Source: Eukaryota sp. GEM-RC1
Lineage: Eukaryota
Length of the DNA stretch: 64,000 bases
NCBI GenBank assembly: GCA_040285855.1
Contig: JAUFOQ010000005.1
Span: 620,001-684,000 of the forward strand
Reading direction: 5' to 3'
Under the pieces are notes generated by a model. It did no database searches. It saw only the letters and a list, made by a program, of their open reading frames with translations, and was not told the DNA's origin. Positions 23,423-35,991 of the stretch are shown here, piece by piece. Both the position numbers and the translations under genes were made by a program. Within the stretch, counting starts at the first letter, position 1, and each line of letters starts with the position of its first letter.

Positions 23423-26400
23423 ATGTCTTTCATACACTCTGGTTTCTTATACAAGCGTGGTGTTTCTACGTCAGTATGTTACATGACGTGATCTTATTTT
23501 AGTGGCAACGCAAGTTCTTTGTCATTTCTTCCTCTTCCCATGTTGATTGTTGGGATAGCGCTGAAGCTTTTCAAAAACCAGGAGCTATGCCCAAGGGAAG
23601 AATTGCCTGCAAAGGACTCGCTGTCATTGACACGCCTTCCGTAACACAAAAACCCTTCCAGTTTGAACTTCAAGATGGGTCTAAGAGACCTTGGATTCTT
23701 GCTGCTGATTCTGCTGAAGAGAAGGAGGAGTGGATTGACGTTATCCGATCCTGTGTATCTGAGTGTGAAGAGGAAACTGACCAACAAGTAATGCCAGAAC
23801 CTGAAGCTGAACAACATTCTGTTCCACAAGCTCCAATTGAAGCCCTTAATGTTCCTGATTTAACTAAAAAGATCAAAACTACAAGAGCTGTTCCTGAAAA
23901 GTTGGAAGTCTTACAATCTGAACTCTCTTCAGTACCCAATGCTACCATAACTGCTCAAGAACTTGTTGCTCTTTCTTCATGCTTCACCAATGCGGACGAT
24001 CGTGTCACTTCCATTGAACTTTTGTATCATCATGTTGAATCACTTACTGTCTCGGATCTTGCTTCTCTCATCTCAAAAACTCCCAAAGCTGATGGAAAAA
24101 TGAAAGTGATCGAATTTTGTTCACCAAAGTTAGTATATGCTCTTTCTTGGGATACCGAGCCTATCTACAAGTATCTTCCCACTGCAGGGCAGAAAACGTC
24201 AGCAAGGGAACTCATTGCGTCTGTTCCAAGCAGTCATGTAGTTGAGCCATCAATTCCCACCAACGATATGTTAATTAAAGGTATCGCATCTACTGCAAAT
24301 GATGGAGAAAAGACCAATGTTTATCGTTCATGGATGGAATCTGTTTCAAATCCAGTATTTACCCCTGAAGAGTTAGTTAAATTGATCAAGAACTTCAAAA
24401 AGACGAACAACGCCTCGAAGTATTAGAAGAGTTGTCAAAACTAATGGAAACTCTCAGTGTTCAAGAAACTATTGCTTTAATGAAAGTATTTCCAACTCCA
24501 ACCTCTAAAATGATGGCTTTGCCTGTAGTTGCTGACAAGATGGAGTATCAATCAGATTCTGATTTGGAACCCCTTCTCAAATTATTTTCATCTGCTAAAG
24601 ACAAAGTATCTGTCCGGTCATTGTTTGAAACTACCATTGTGAATCTAGAAGAAGTACCATTAGAACAAAACGTCAGGCAAAATGTCTCTTCTGCATTGGC
24701 CCCTACTCCAGTAAGCCAGCAAGCTACTATTCCACAGCCACAGGCTACTGTACAGCCTGAAGTCAACGACTTTAATTTTACTCAATTCAAGAAAAAGCTC
24801 TTAGCTACCAAGGCAATTGATGAAAAGTTGGAGGTCATGGAATCTGAACTTTCTTCAGCTTTCGGTGCCACGTTAACAGTAAAAGAGGTTCAAACTATTG
24901 CCATGACTTTACCTAAAGATGTCGATCGCGTTAAAGCCATTGAAATTTTATGTCGTTATGTTGAATCATTTGCTGTAACCGATATTACTTCGCTCATTGC
25001 CAAAATTACTGATATTGATGCAAAACTGAAGGTGATTGAAGTTTGTTCACCAAAGCTAGTATATGCTCTACCTTGGGATTGTGAACCTATCTTCAAGGTT
25101 CTTACTGTACCAGAAAAGAAAACGTTGGCAAGGGAAATCCTTGCTTCTGTTCCAAGCAATCCCTCAGTTGAGCCTTCAATTCCTGCCACTGAAATGTTGA
25201 TCAAAGGTGTCACATCTTGTACTAATGAAGGAGAAAAAATCAATATTCTACGTTCATGGTTAGCTTCAGTACCAAATCCAGTGTTTAGCCCTGAAGAGTT
25301 AACTAAATTGATGAAAAACTTCAAGAATGATGAACAACGTGTGCAAGTATTACCAGAGGTTTCCAAATATGCTGAAACTTTTAATGCTGAACAATTGTTA
25401 GGTTTAATGAAAGTTTTTACAACTGTAGCTGCCAGATTGAGTGCATTACCTGCAATTGCTAACAAGTTGGTATATCATTTTGATTCTGAATTGGAAACAC
25501 TTCACAAAGTATTTACTTCTACTACTGACAAGGATGCTGCTTACCCCATTATTGAGTCAATGTCAGTAAAGCAACAGGGAGAATTCCAACCGGGTGAACC
25601 AAATATTCCTGATTTAATTAAAAAGATCAAGCGTTGTGCTCAAACTGCTGACAAACATCGCATTGTTAACTCAGACGTTTTCTCGACTTCTAACGTTGTT
25701 TTAGCTACAGAAGAATGTATAGCTATCCTGGATACTTTTAAAGATTCTGAAAGTCGTATTCAAGCATTTGAGGTATTGTCTAGCAATATTCCATCTTTTG
25801 TTGTTCCTGATGTTCCTGAACTTCTACGAATGGTTGCTGAAGACCATGAAATGAATGTTGTCGAGATTTGTTCCCAAAAGTTGGTATATGCTTTACCATT
25901 TGACTGTGAGCCTATATACCATGCTTTGTCTAGCAGTGAAGATAAAATCGCCGCCAGAACTATGATCACTTCTCTTCCTGTCCCTGAAGGTGTTACCCCC
26001 GTTTACCCCACGGTCGATATGCTTTTCGAGTCTATTGGACACAATCCATCTAATTCAAACGGCATTTCAACAGGTATGGCTCTTGGCGGTTTTATTCTTG
26101 AAGGACTGGGACGAAAGTCTGTTAAAGCTCCTGAAAAGGTTAACGTTTTGAACTCTTGGTTGGCATCCGTTCCAAATCCTAGTTTTACCTTTGAGGAAGT
26201 AGTCACATTATTGGAATGTTTTCACGATGATGCTGATGATGAAGTTAGACAGGGAAATAGACTGGAAGTGCTGCAAATAGTCCATAATATCATGGAATCA
26301 CCTCTTTCAGTTGATCAAGTGAAGGAATTGTTGAATCTATATACAAGTCACCAACGTAGGATGGACGCTCTGGTTCTAATTGTTGAAAAAATGGTATTCC

Positions 26401-27683
26401 AAACTCTTTGGCAATTGGAGGAAATTATCAGAATGTTCAAGACCTCAACTCAAAGAAACAAGGTCCGTTTAGTTCTCGAATCAGTGAAACCTAACCAAGA
26501 ACCACTTGTTCACCCAGAACCACCTCAAAAGGTGCCTGAATCTGCCTCAGAATCTGACTTGATTCCTTATTTGATCACTCAGTTCTTCACAGTTGGTGCG
26601 TCTCAAGCTGGGCTGTTCAGTAGTCTTGCTTCTCATGTTTCTTCTCTTTCAGACTTTACTTTAACATCAGAAACTTTCAAAATGTTGATGTCTTTTTTCA
26701 AGAAAGACGATGAAGCATTGAAGGCAATTGAGTTACTATCACGGTACATTCCAACAATTACTATTGATCTTCTTGTGTTTCTCCTTCGTCAGCTAGGACA
26801 TGCAGCAAACGATGAAAAGTTGAGAGCTGTCGAAGTTTGTGTTGAAAAACTGGTTTATGAAGATTTATGTGAACGAGATAAGCTACATGGTTGCTTTATT
26901 TATGGCGCAGGACAAAAGGCTATAGAAATCATTGAGTCCCATCGAACGATTGATATTCCAAGAAAGAAACTTCCTACTCCGACAATAGAAGAGCTCATTG
27001 AAGCCATTAAAGAAGCAGTTGATACCACAGAACGACTCATCATTGTCACGTCATGGGCTGCATCAGTCCCTTTTCCAGTGATTTGTGTTAATGATTTTGA
27101 GGAACTTTTAGACCACTTTCCCACTGAAAAGGATACTGTTTCTTCTATTCTTGGAGATGCTACGTACTTTAGACCAAGACCTGATCTTCCCAATGTGATT
27201 AGTCGTATCAATTATGCTGCAGAAAGCAGCAACCAGAAAATTGTACGTGTTGGTAAATATTTGCGTCGTGAAAAGAATCTGCTTTTTACTCCATTTGATT
27301 TGGCTGTAATTGCTTCATGTTTTCCTGATATTGATGGAAAATTGAAGTTGATTGAACTTTGCGCACCTCATCTTGAGTATGATCATCCATCAGAACATGA
27401 TGTAATTTTCAAATGTATTTCGAACAAAGAACACAAAGCGTCAGCTAAAAAGCTCGTTGAATCTTCTAAAGACGCTTCTGCTCTGGAAACGTTTGTAAAT
27501 AACTGGGATAAAGATGACGCTCAATTTTGGAACATGAGCAACGATGATCTCCGTTTCAAGTTTTTGGTTTTAACTGAAGATGATTTCTGGGCATGGTTAA
27601 AAACTTTCCATTTCGATGAAATGCGTGATCAAGCTTATCAACGCTTGATTACAAAAATCATTCCCCCACCAAGTTGGGCGTGA
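23423..27683 (+). CDS. PH domain + DUF4476-like repeat protein, copy 3 (~1410 aa; intron 23474-23502; one homopolymer frameshift ~24400)
   Basis: ATG at 23423, 51-nt exon, intron, then in frame with ORF 23587-24426; slip in an A5 run joins ORF 24432-27683; ends IIPPPSWA*. Confidence 0.85.
23474..23502 (+). other. 29-nt GT-AG spliceosomal intron
   Basis: gtatgttacatgacgtgatcttattttag; contains a stop in the unspliced frame; splicing restores KRGVSTS-WQRKFF. Confidence 0.88.
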
Positions 27684-28258
27684 TGACGTGATCGTTGACT
27701 ATTTTTGTATATAAAACATTTTTTGAATTTCAAATTTATACAACTCGTGGATGATCATCAAATCTTGATTCAGAATAGAACTGTTCTATTAGATCATTTA
27801 TGCTTGAAGAATTGTTGAGTAATAGGTTAAATTTTCAACACCTGTTATTGTCTTTATTTCTTAGCACGCGTGAGTAATGCAGATTATGATACCGATCCAA
27901 ACAACACGCTTTCGGAATCTGATCTGAAATCACTTTCTCGTCAGTGGTATCTTGACTGAGAACACAATAATCATATCATTTTATCTTCATATAATATTGT
28001 ATTTTCTTGTTATAGAAGTCTCCCACAGTATTTAAATCGTATACTGAACAAATTGTATCGTGGTGGTTCAAGAGTAGATATAGATCATTTAATATCTTAT
28101 AAGTACGATTACGGTCGTTTGTATTTCGTTAATTTCTGACATACACATAATACTTTATATATTCATATTTAATTGAGATTATCCAACATTCGTTACCCCT
28201 CAGTTTCATTCATCTAAAGTGAAGCAGAATGTGTTGTCATAATTTGTGTTTCAACTTG

Positions 28259-28583
28259 CATGTGCGCAAATCTTTGGTACGTACCGTACGTACGGTACGG
28301 ATCGGTACGTACCGATTTATTTTATCAGTACAGATATTATTTGATTTTATGTAAAGGCCTGTTTACGAATGGTCTAAATGTATTAACAATACCATTTTTG
28401 GAGTGGAGGTTCATTGCCTCGTCGATGGTAACTGTTACAATCTCAATTTGGATTACCACGTTCAAAAAAGGATTTTTTTGTTTAAGTCTGTCAAAAGTAC
28501 AATACCGGTACATGTACCGTACGTCCGTACGTACGGTACGGTACGCCTAAAATCGCCACGGTACGGAACATTTGCGTTCCATG
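28259..28583. mobile_element. MITE with GTACG subterminal repeats
   Basis: Imperfect TIR catgtgcgcaaat / atttgcgttccatg; GTACG/CGTAC arrays at both ends; no clear TSD. Confidence 0.65.
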
Positions 28584-28649
28584 ATTCAGAGTGAATGCCA
28601 AAAACACAATACATTGTATTAATATGTACCACTGACATACTCTCCACTA

Positions 28650-29553
28650 ATGTGCTTAAAGAACAATTCTCCCAATATCTGCGTTCTTCTCAACCGGTTT
28701 CTTCAATGTTTCTATGCATCGTCGTTAGAACGCTGTCCTAACCAGCTTGATGAGCTAATCGCCATGTTTTCCACTCTATCAACCTCGTCAGATCCACCTG
28801 TTACGTGTTGTAGAGAGTCTCTCTCAACTGATACTCAGTGATTCTGATCTTATCCATAATCAACAGTCTTCTTCCTTCAAACCTCCTCATTCTTCGCTTC
28901 ACAAGAGCGGAACTCTTCATCCATACCAACTTAATGGAGTATCTTGGATGTACCAGCTCCATCAATCCCATCTCTGTGGTATTCTTGCTGACGAAATGGG
29001 ACTTGGAAAGGGAGTTCAAGCAATATCTCTCATTGGTCTTCTCAAGGAACTCCAGCCCACGTCATCACCTCACGTCATCATTGCCCCTTTAGCTGGTTTG
29101 TCATCGTGGAAGCGAGAGTTTTCTCACTGGTTACCCTCTGCTGAGGTGACTGTGATTAGAAGTCTATCAGAGTCACATCTCGATGACGTGATCTCCAGGT
29201 CAGAAGTTGTTGTCACTACACCTGATGTGATTTCTTCTGACTTAGCTCTGTTCAAACAAATTGATTGGAATCTGATTGTGATTGATGATGTGATGCCTCC
29301 TTTTAAACGTTCTCTTTCTTCTTTTCTTTCTATGTGTACTGCACAATCTCGTTTTCTATTGACAGGATCTTGTCTTGATAGTTTTGAGTCAAAATGGAAG
29401 GTTTTTCGAGAACTTTGCCCAAATCTGTTTCCCTTAATTGACCCTTCGGATGACTTTTATCAGTCTATGGATGTTGATTTTCGAGAAATTCTGGAAACTA
29501 TTGCATCTTCCTTGTATTTACGACGACTAAAAATCAAATCTTTGAATTTTTAA
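28650..29553 (+). pseudogene. Truncated, degenerate SNF2-family ATPase (N-terminal RecA lobe only)
   Basis: GTLHPYQLNGVSWM (Q motif), GILADEMGLGKG (Walker A, T>G), IIAPLAGLSSWKREF, VIDDV (DExH lost), FLLTG, YLRRLK then stop; no second RecA lobe. Start uncertain because of a frameshift. Confidence 0.75.
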
Positions 29554-30541
29554 AATTTTGTTATTCTCCCGTCTTCTTTTCTTGTCCTTTTTTTAGTTTC
29601 ATTTATTGTTCTATGTGCGTGTTCTGTTAGCGTAACAGACTCTCCTTCCACCCGAACTTGTATGATTTCATTTATCGTATCAACCTTTTGTTTATTAACC
29701 ATTTGTTGTGTTTATGAAGTTCTCCAAGTTGTTATTTCCTTACTAATCACGTTTTTCTCCGTCAACCCACATGTTTAATCTACAAGAAACTCGACTGTTC
29801 TTTAGATTGCTTATAATCGTATTATTTCGCTCTTCAGTTATCTATTTAAAACCCATGTCTATTGTATAACTCTAAATAGAAATTTTGTTACAAAATAATC
29901 AGCTTTTTACAATGACTCAAAGTTGTTACTTTGATACAGTTATTAACCGTTGATTAGGATGAGTTGATCGGGAGTATTTGATAGGTTCGAGCAACATGCA
30001 CGTTGTTTCTCTTGGTCATAATTTATACGATATACTCTGTTGTGGTTACTGTATTAAGTTGTTGACGGTATTTGATCACTACATTGTACTCAAATTTGTC
30101 GATTTTTAAAAAATTTAGAATATAAAAGGGTACAGTACTCAAATTCAAATTGATAATATCAACAATTGCAACGTATTCTATGTATCTTTTCAAGTGATAG
30201 ACTCGTTATGTGGAAAAGTTATGATGTCTATTCAGATTACGGTCATAACGTTTTAATCAATACGATTACAAGATTTTAGACTCAATTATGAAATCAAAGA
30301 CTTGAAAAATCATGTTGCATCGGAATCACTTTAGGTTGTGTAGCTGTTTAACAGATCATAGATTGAGCATCGGAGTGCTTATGTGGTTACAATATTACTC
30401 TATCAACAAAGGTGAGTTGACATTTAGTCAATCTACATGAAATCTCAGTAGACTGCAGGTCATGTACCTTGGGAAACATCACACACAAATAATTTTGTTT
30501 GATGGAATTTTAATACAAGAAAAATCCTTTGAACAAACAGA

Positions 30542-33188
30542 ATGAGGTGTATTGCTTCTATTCCCATCGAACAAACAAAAGACCAACAACACGACTTTAC
30601 TCATCTTCGTCAGTTTGTTGATAATCATGGTTGTGCTTCTACAGTTCTTAAAACATCTGCCGATTCTATCATTAAGATTTGTCAAAAATGGAATCTAAAC
30701 GGTCTTGCTGACGAAATCGTAAAGGGTTTCAACCTGTTCAAAGACCATCCTGAAAGTAAAGTGGTAACTGAACCCTCTGCCAAAGATTCTTCTGAGCCCT
30801 CTGCTAATGATTCTTCTTCTCTATGGACCTCAGAAGAAGTGGCTTTTTGGATCGGAATTAAGTTCTTCCTGGCGCAACAATCTTCCAGTCTTGATGATTC
30901 TCCTCTGCTGCTCTTTGAACCAAACTCTAACCATGTATGCACTCCCCTTCAAAGGGGAACTCCTCCGCAACGTTGAACCTTTAAGCGAACACCAGCCGAT
31001 GTCCTTCTCCTTTACTCCTGTAAGTGATGAAACATCTTCAGACCCTTCCGATTCGCAATCTCTTTCTGATCTCTTGCTTGCTTCGTTTGCTTCTTTCACC
31101 ACCACAGTCTTCAAGATTCTTTCTCATCCTGACAATTCCTTTCTTATCAATACTCCATGTCATCCTCTTTATCACATAGAAGATGAACTTAATCCCACCT
31201 CTATGACAAGGAAGTTATCGAGTATTTTCCTCTTTCTATTGGTTAAAACCATAATCTCAGCTTGTTTCCCTTTCTTTTCTGCCCTTTCAAATCCCTCAAT
31301 GTTTCCTGTATTTTTCCTATCAGTGTTTCAAACAGTTTTTTCTACTTACTGTCATCCAACAGTTCCTAGTCCTCTAGAAAATCTTAAAGTATCTCGTGAT
31401 ATGTTAGATTTTGACCCCAATCAATCTATCAATTGTGATTTGATTGATGACGTCGTGGTCGAGTTTTTGAAAAAATTGACTTTTATTAATTCTCTTTTAT
31501 TAAATGGTTTAAAACCAACAGTCATCAATCAAATAATGCCTAAACTGTTCAACATCACTGTTATCTCCATTAACTCGTCCAACTGTCGTGATTCTTCTTT
31601 GATAAAGAGTTTTACAGACAACTTTCTCCCTTTGACTGACAGTTTTGTCTATATTCAGGCTGAATCTCATGTCAAAACTGTTGATTATGTACATGTTGTT
31701 GGTTCCAAGTTTGTGATTTCTTTGGAAACGTCATTTGATCACTGTTTGTTCAGTCCTTTAAGATATATTTTAATTTCTAAAGATCTTGTAAAGGTTTTCA
31801 AAGGTATTGATTGTGAACTCGTGGATCTTTTTCATTATTTCTTCTTTCAACCTGAAGATGTGCAAAATTTCGTTGAACTTCACTCGATTTTGACTGAAAA
31901 TGAACAGAAAACACTGTCCAATACGTCCGAAATCGATGATCTCTATTATAAATGTGGATTGGCTAAGGAAAAGAACTTCTCAGAAGTCAATAGAATTCCT
32001 TATGATTCTGGTTTCAATTTCAACCCGGATTATTTGAAATTGATTCAACAACGAGCACCACTCTTATCTTTTCTTGGTGACAATGACGCCAGTATGATTC
32101 CATCTCTTATAACGGTTGATACTGAACCTCAGTATAAAACTTCATTTGATGTTACAGTATGTCCTCTGATAAGTGAGTTTCCGAAAGTAGAAGGAGTAAT
32201 AGTACGATTTGAGTTACCTCTGGAAGTAATGACTCCTAATGTATCTACAATGCTTCAGTATTTCAATAATCTTCATAATTGCTTTTCTGTTGAAATCACT
32301 AAAATTGATGACAGTTTTCGAGTTACTTTCAATTGTGTTAATTATCACCAACTATTTATATTAGAATCATTAGTTAATGGTGACGGTTTCTTCCGACCTG
32401 AAATACGTCATTTATTTACTGAGCGTAAGTGGAAAAGAGAGATATCTTCATTCAGTTTCTATCTTTTTAAATTTTTTGTCAAAACATATGTTCCACCAAC
32501 TAACCGACTTATAGACTGGATTCACTCAATTCCATCATTTTCTGAAATTCTACCCAATTTAAATAATTGGTTCTTTTCAAAAAAGTCTTGTGTGATAAAA
32601 ATGGTCTTCCACCGTACTTTGCTACTTCAAAGAGCTTTGAAACACACATCTGCTGGCCACTGTTCCGTTCTAGTTTCCCAACCACCAGATTTTCACTCTG
32701 TTGATACAACAACTGTTCTTAGTAGGCTTATCAAGGACACGTTTCCTGATTTAATCCGTCAGTGTTCAGTTGATGATAGGAAGGTCATGATCCAATGGGA
32801 TAAAATACCATTTGAAGATCTGCGGCGTAAAAAGGCCTTTATTCCTATCAATCGTTTAGAATTCTCTCTTGAGAGTCTTACTCACTTAGCCTCATGTTAT
32901 ACTACTCAATTTGGGGAATTAACTAAATGGAAGTCTCAACCATTTGGACATTTCCACTATCTATTGATTGAAATGATTCAGTTCTGTAAAGTTTTATACG
33001 AGTGTCTTAAGAAGGTTTCCATGGACCATGAAACAAGTCGGAATAATTGCAAACATTTTATTGATTGGATTCTTCATCATGACAGTCCAATCGTTGATGT
33101 GATTGGGGAAAGTTATTCCGCAACGTCTCTAGTAGAACAATTTTCTCAGATGAGACCATCCCCTCGTTCCTGTCCATTTCGCCGTTGA
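30542..33188 (+). CDS. Tandem family member 1 (~880 aa; MRC start, myristoyl Gly lost; one frameshift ~30945)
   Basis: ORFs 30542-30976 and 30807-33188 join at a C4 run where paralogs have C3; collinear with members 2-4. Confidence 0.8.
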
Positions 33189-33823
33189 TGTAATCCACGA
33201 TAATGAATTGTAGAAGTAAAAATGATTGTGTTTCAATTATGTGTTTTCAATCAATGTTCGGTGGTACGTTGTCAATTTTGACAGTTTTCGGATTATTGGA
33301 GAGAACTGTGTTGTTTACAGTATTCAATATTTTAAATATCCAATTTTGTCACATTCTATTTTTTTTGTCTTGTTGTCATTATTGTGATATTTTTTAAAAT
33401 AGTGCCTAAAAGAATCAGCAAACCGAAAATGAACTCTAAGTAGTCCAATGTTTGTAGTAACGATATGCACAACACTGTTTGTAACGCAATATTGAGACGA
33501 GAAGATTCTCAATTCGATGAGTCACTGTCTTCTAGAGGTCATATGCTGAACCAAATTCATTATGCACCGTAAATCATATATTTAATATTTGATGATTTAT
33601 TCACACTAAAAAAGATACAGTGTTTTCCTCTATAACAGTGTAAATTTATCAAACTACACTGTTTTTTCATGAGTATTCCAAATGTTGCACTGAATAGACT
33701 CGTTTGCTTTAATCCAATTTTGAGGTAATGGTGTTAAAACAAACAACGAAACAACTAGAAGGTGTTGAAAGAAAAAGACCTTCCACTCCCACAACCAGCG
33801 ATCCCCCAATAAATATTTTATTA

Positions 33824-34392
33824 CACCGATTGTTTCAATTAGTCTCACTGAGACTAATACCGTACGTCATTTTCACCGGTCACATATCGAAATTAGTCTC
33901 ACTGAGACTAATTATTTCGAACTTGTATTAGTCTCACTAAATGTTTATAAACATGGCATCATTTTTCTTTCAAACACCTTCCCCTAATTCAAGTTACCAA
34001 TCTCTTTAACAACTAAACTCTGCCCCTGATCTATCTGTGTTTCTTCACGATTTCTTGAAGATCAAGCGTCAACAGATAATCATACCAAACTCCAGTCTCA
34101 TCTCCAGCTGGATCTTGGGAGATACTCTGAGCCTTAAAGCTACGAATGACGTAATTACAATTGATTTAGAGTGGTTAGAGGGGAGTCCTATGGTTAAGTA
34201 GGTTTCTATTTGATCCTATCAGTATGAAAGTTCTTCTAACTGTAAAAGCTCGTTCAATCAGTAGGATTGTTGTTGCATCTTTCTTGTCAAAAACAAAAAC
34301 AGTATTATTTTGGAGGTCAAAATTAAAACTTTCATATCGGAATTAGTCTCACTGAGACTATTTTCTAGTGAGACTAATTGAAACAATCGGTG
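33824..34392. mobile_element. Tc1/mariner-type MITE
   Basis: TIR caccgattgtttcaattagtctcact / agtgagactaattgaaacaatcggtg flanked by TA on both sides; internal palindrome tagtctcactgagacta. Confidence 0.9.
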
Positions 34393-34717
34393 TAATTAAA
34401 ATACTTGTTTTACATATTTTGTGCATTTTGAATATGGGAATAAAATAGAATAAGTGGTGTTTACCGTGGTGCATTTACCTACTGGAAGAGTGTAATTATA
34501 TCACAACAATTTGTTTTTGACAAATCATCCTATCAATATTTAATAGTAATGTGATTATTTCTGATTATTTCTCCTTTTTGACGTGATTACATCAAAAACA
34601 AGTACATTTTGATCAATGGTAAATGGTGTTACGGTGTATACCACAATAATTTAGTTTCAGCAATTTATGACAGAAAATATATTTAAATATAGTTTTGAAC
34701 ACCACTGCCCACAGCTA

Positions 34718-35191
34718 CACCGATTGTTTCCAATTAGTCTCACTAAAAAATAGTCTCAGTGAGACTAATTCCAATAGGAGAGATTCAATTTTGACCTCCC
34801 AAATACTATTTTTGTTGTTTTTAACGAGGAAGATACAACAAAAATACAAATGATTGAATGAGCTTTTACAGTAAGAAGAACTTTTATACTGACAAGATCA
34901 ACTTAAAACCCTACTTAACCATATGATTCCCCTCTCAGAAATCTAAATCATTTTTTATAGCTACGAATGAAGAAGTACCAACAACTGGAGTTTGGCATTA
35001 ATATCAGTTGGCCATTGATCTTCAAGAAATCGTGAAGAAACACACATATACCAAGCGCAGAGTTAATTTATTAAAGAGAGTGGTAACTTGAATTAGGGGA
35101 AGGTGTTTGAAAGAAAAATGATTAAAATTTAGTGATACTAATACAAGTGTGAAATTATTAGTCTCAGTGAGATGAATTAAAACAATTGGTG
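34718..35191. mobile_element. Second copy of the same Tc1/mariner-type MITE, inverted relative to 33824-34392
   Basis: TA + caccgattgtttccaattagtctcact at left, degenerate TIR at right; interior is the reverse complement of the first copy. Confidence 0.8.
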
Positions 35192-35212
35192 TTCTGGTAC
35201 CAGTTTTAGTAG

Positions 35213-35933
35213 TAGGACTGTCAATTCTCCCATTTCTCTCAACTCCCATCTCCCACGACCCTTGGGATTGGGAGTGGGAGTGTTTTGTTCTGTTATATTT
35301 ATATTCATTTTATAACGAGTATGGTTTTTTATCTGTAAATTTCAACCAATGCCATCGCTTGATTTATCCGAAGACCCTGACATCTCTGATCTGTTTAAGC
35401 AACCTGATTTTATCGAATTTGTTTCCTGTCTTTCAGATTCATTCAAAATTCCAACATGAACCACGATCAACAATAATGTCTATAAGTTATTTAAACGATA
35501 TTTGATAGAAAAATTCAAAATTGTGTGTAATTCTTTAAAAAGTATCTATTACGATTGACGGATGGACATCGAATGCAAACACACATTTTATTGGGGTAAC
35601 AGTTCACTGTACGGAAGACTGGAATTAAACACTTACGTCCTCGGTTTTAAGCATTCAAAAGAAACCCCCTCTGTCATCAACATTGCCGATGCTATAAAGA
35701 AATTAATACTGAATTTGGTTTGGAAGAAAATGTGTTGTGTTTCAACAGGTATCCACGACTATCGACATGTGCCAACACAAGCCTCATCAGTTCCAAGTGA
35801 ACGATTATTTTCTCATGCAGAGTGGGTTGTTACGAAGTTACGAGCTTCCTTGAGTAGTAATTCTATTGAAGCTGTTCTTTGTTTGAAGTCAAGGTTCAAA
35901 TGTCGGGAGATCCGACAGTTGTTCATCAAGTAG
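35213..35933 (+). mobile_element. Internally deleted hAT transposase remnant
   Basis: Fragment resembling the first catalytic-Asp region (SITIDGWTS) and dimerisation domain QASSVPSERLFSHAEWVVTKLRASLSSNSIEAVLCLK; CTCCCA/TGGGAG subterminal repeats at 35225-35280. Confidence 0.7.
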
Positions 35934-35991
35934 AGATAGATTTCGTGATTGTTGTGTTAGAGTAAAATTTTGATTCATTTTCGCCGAATTG

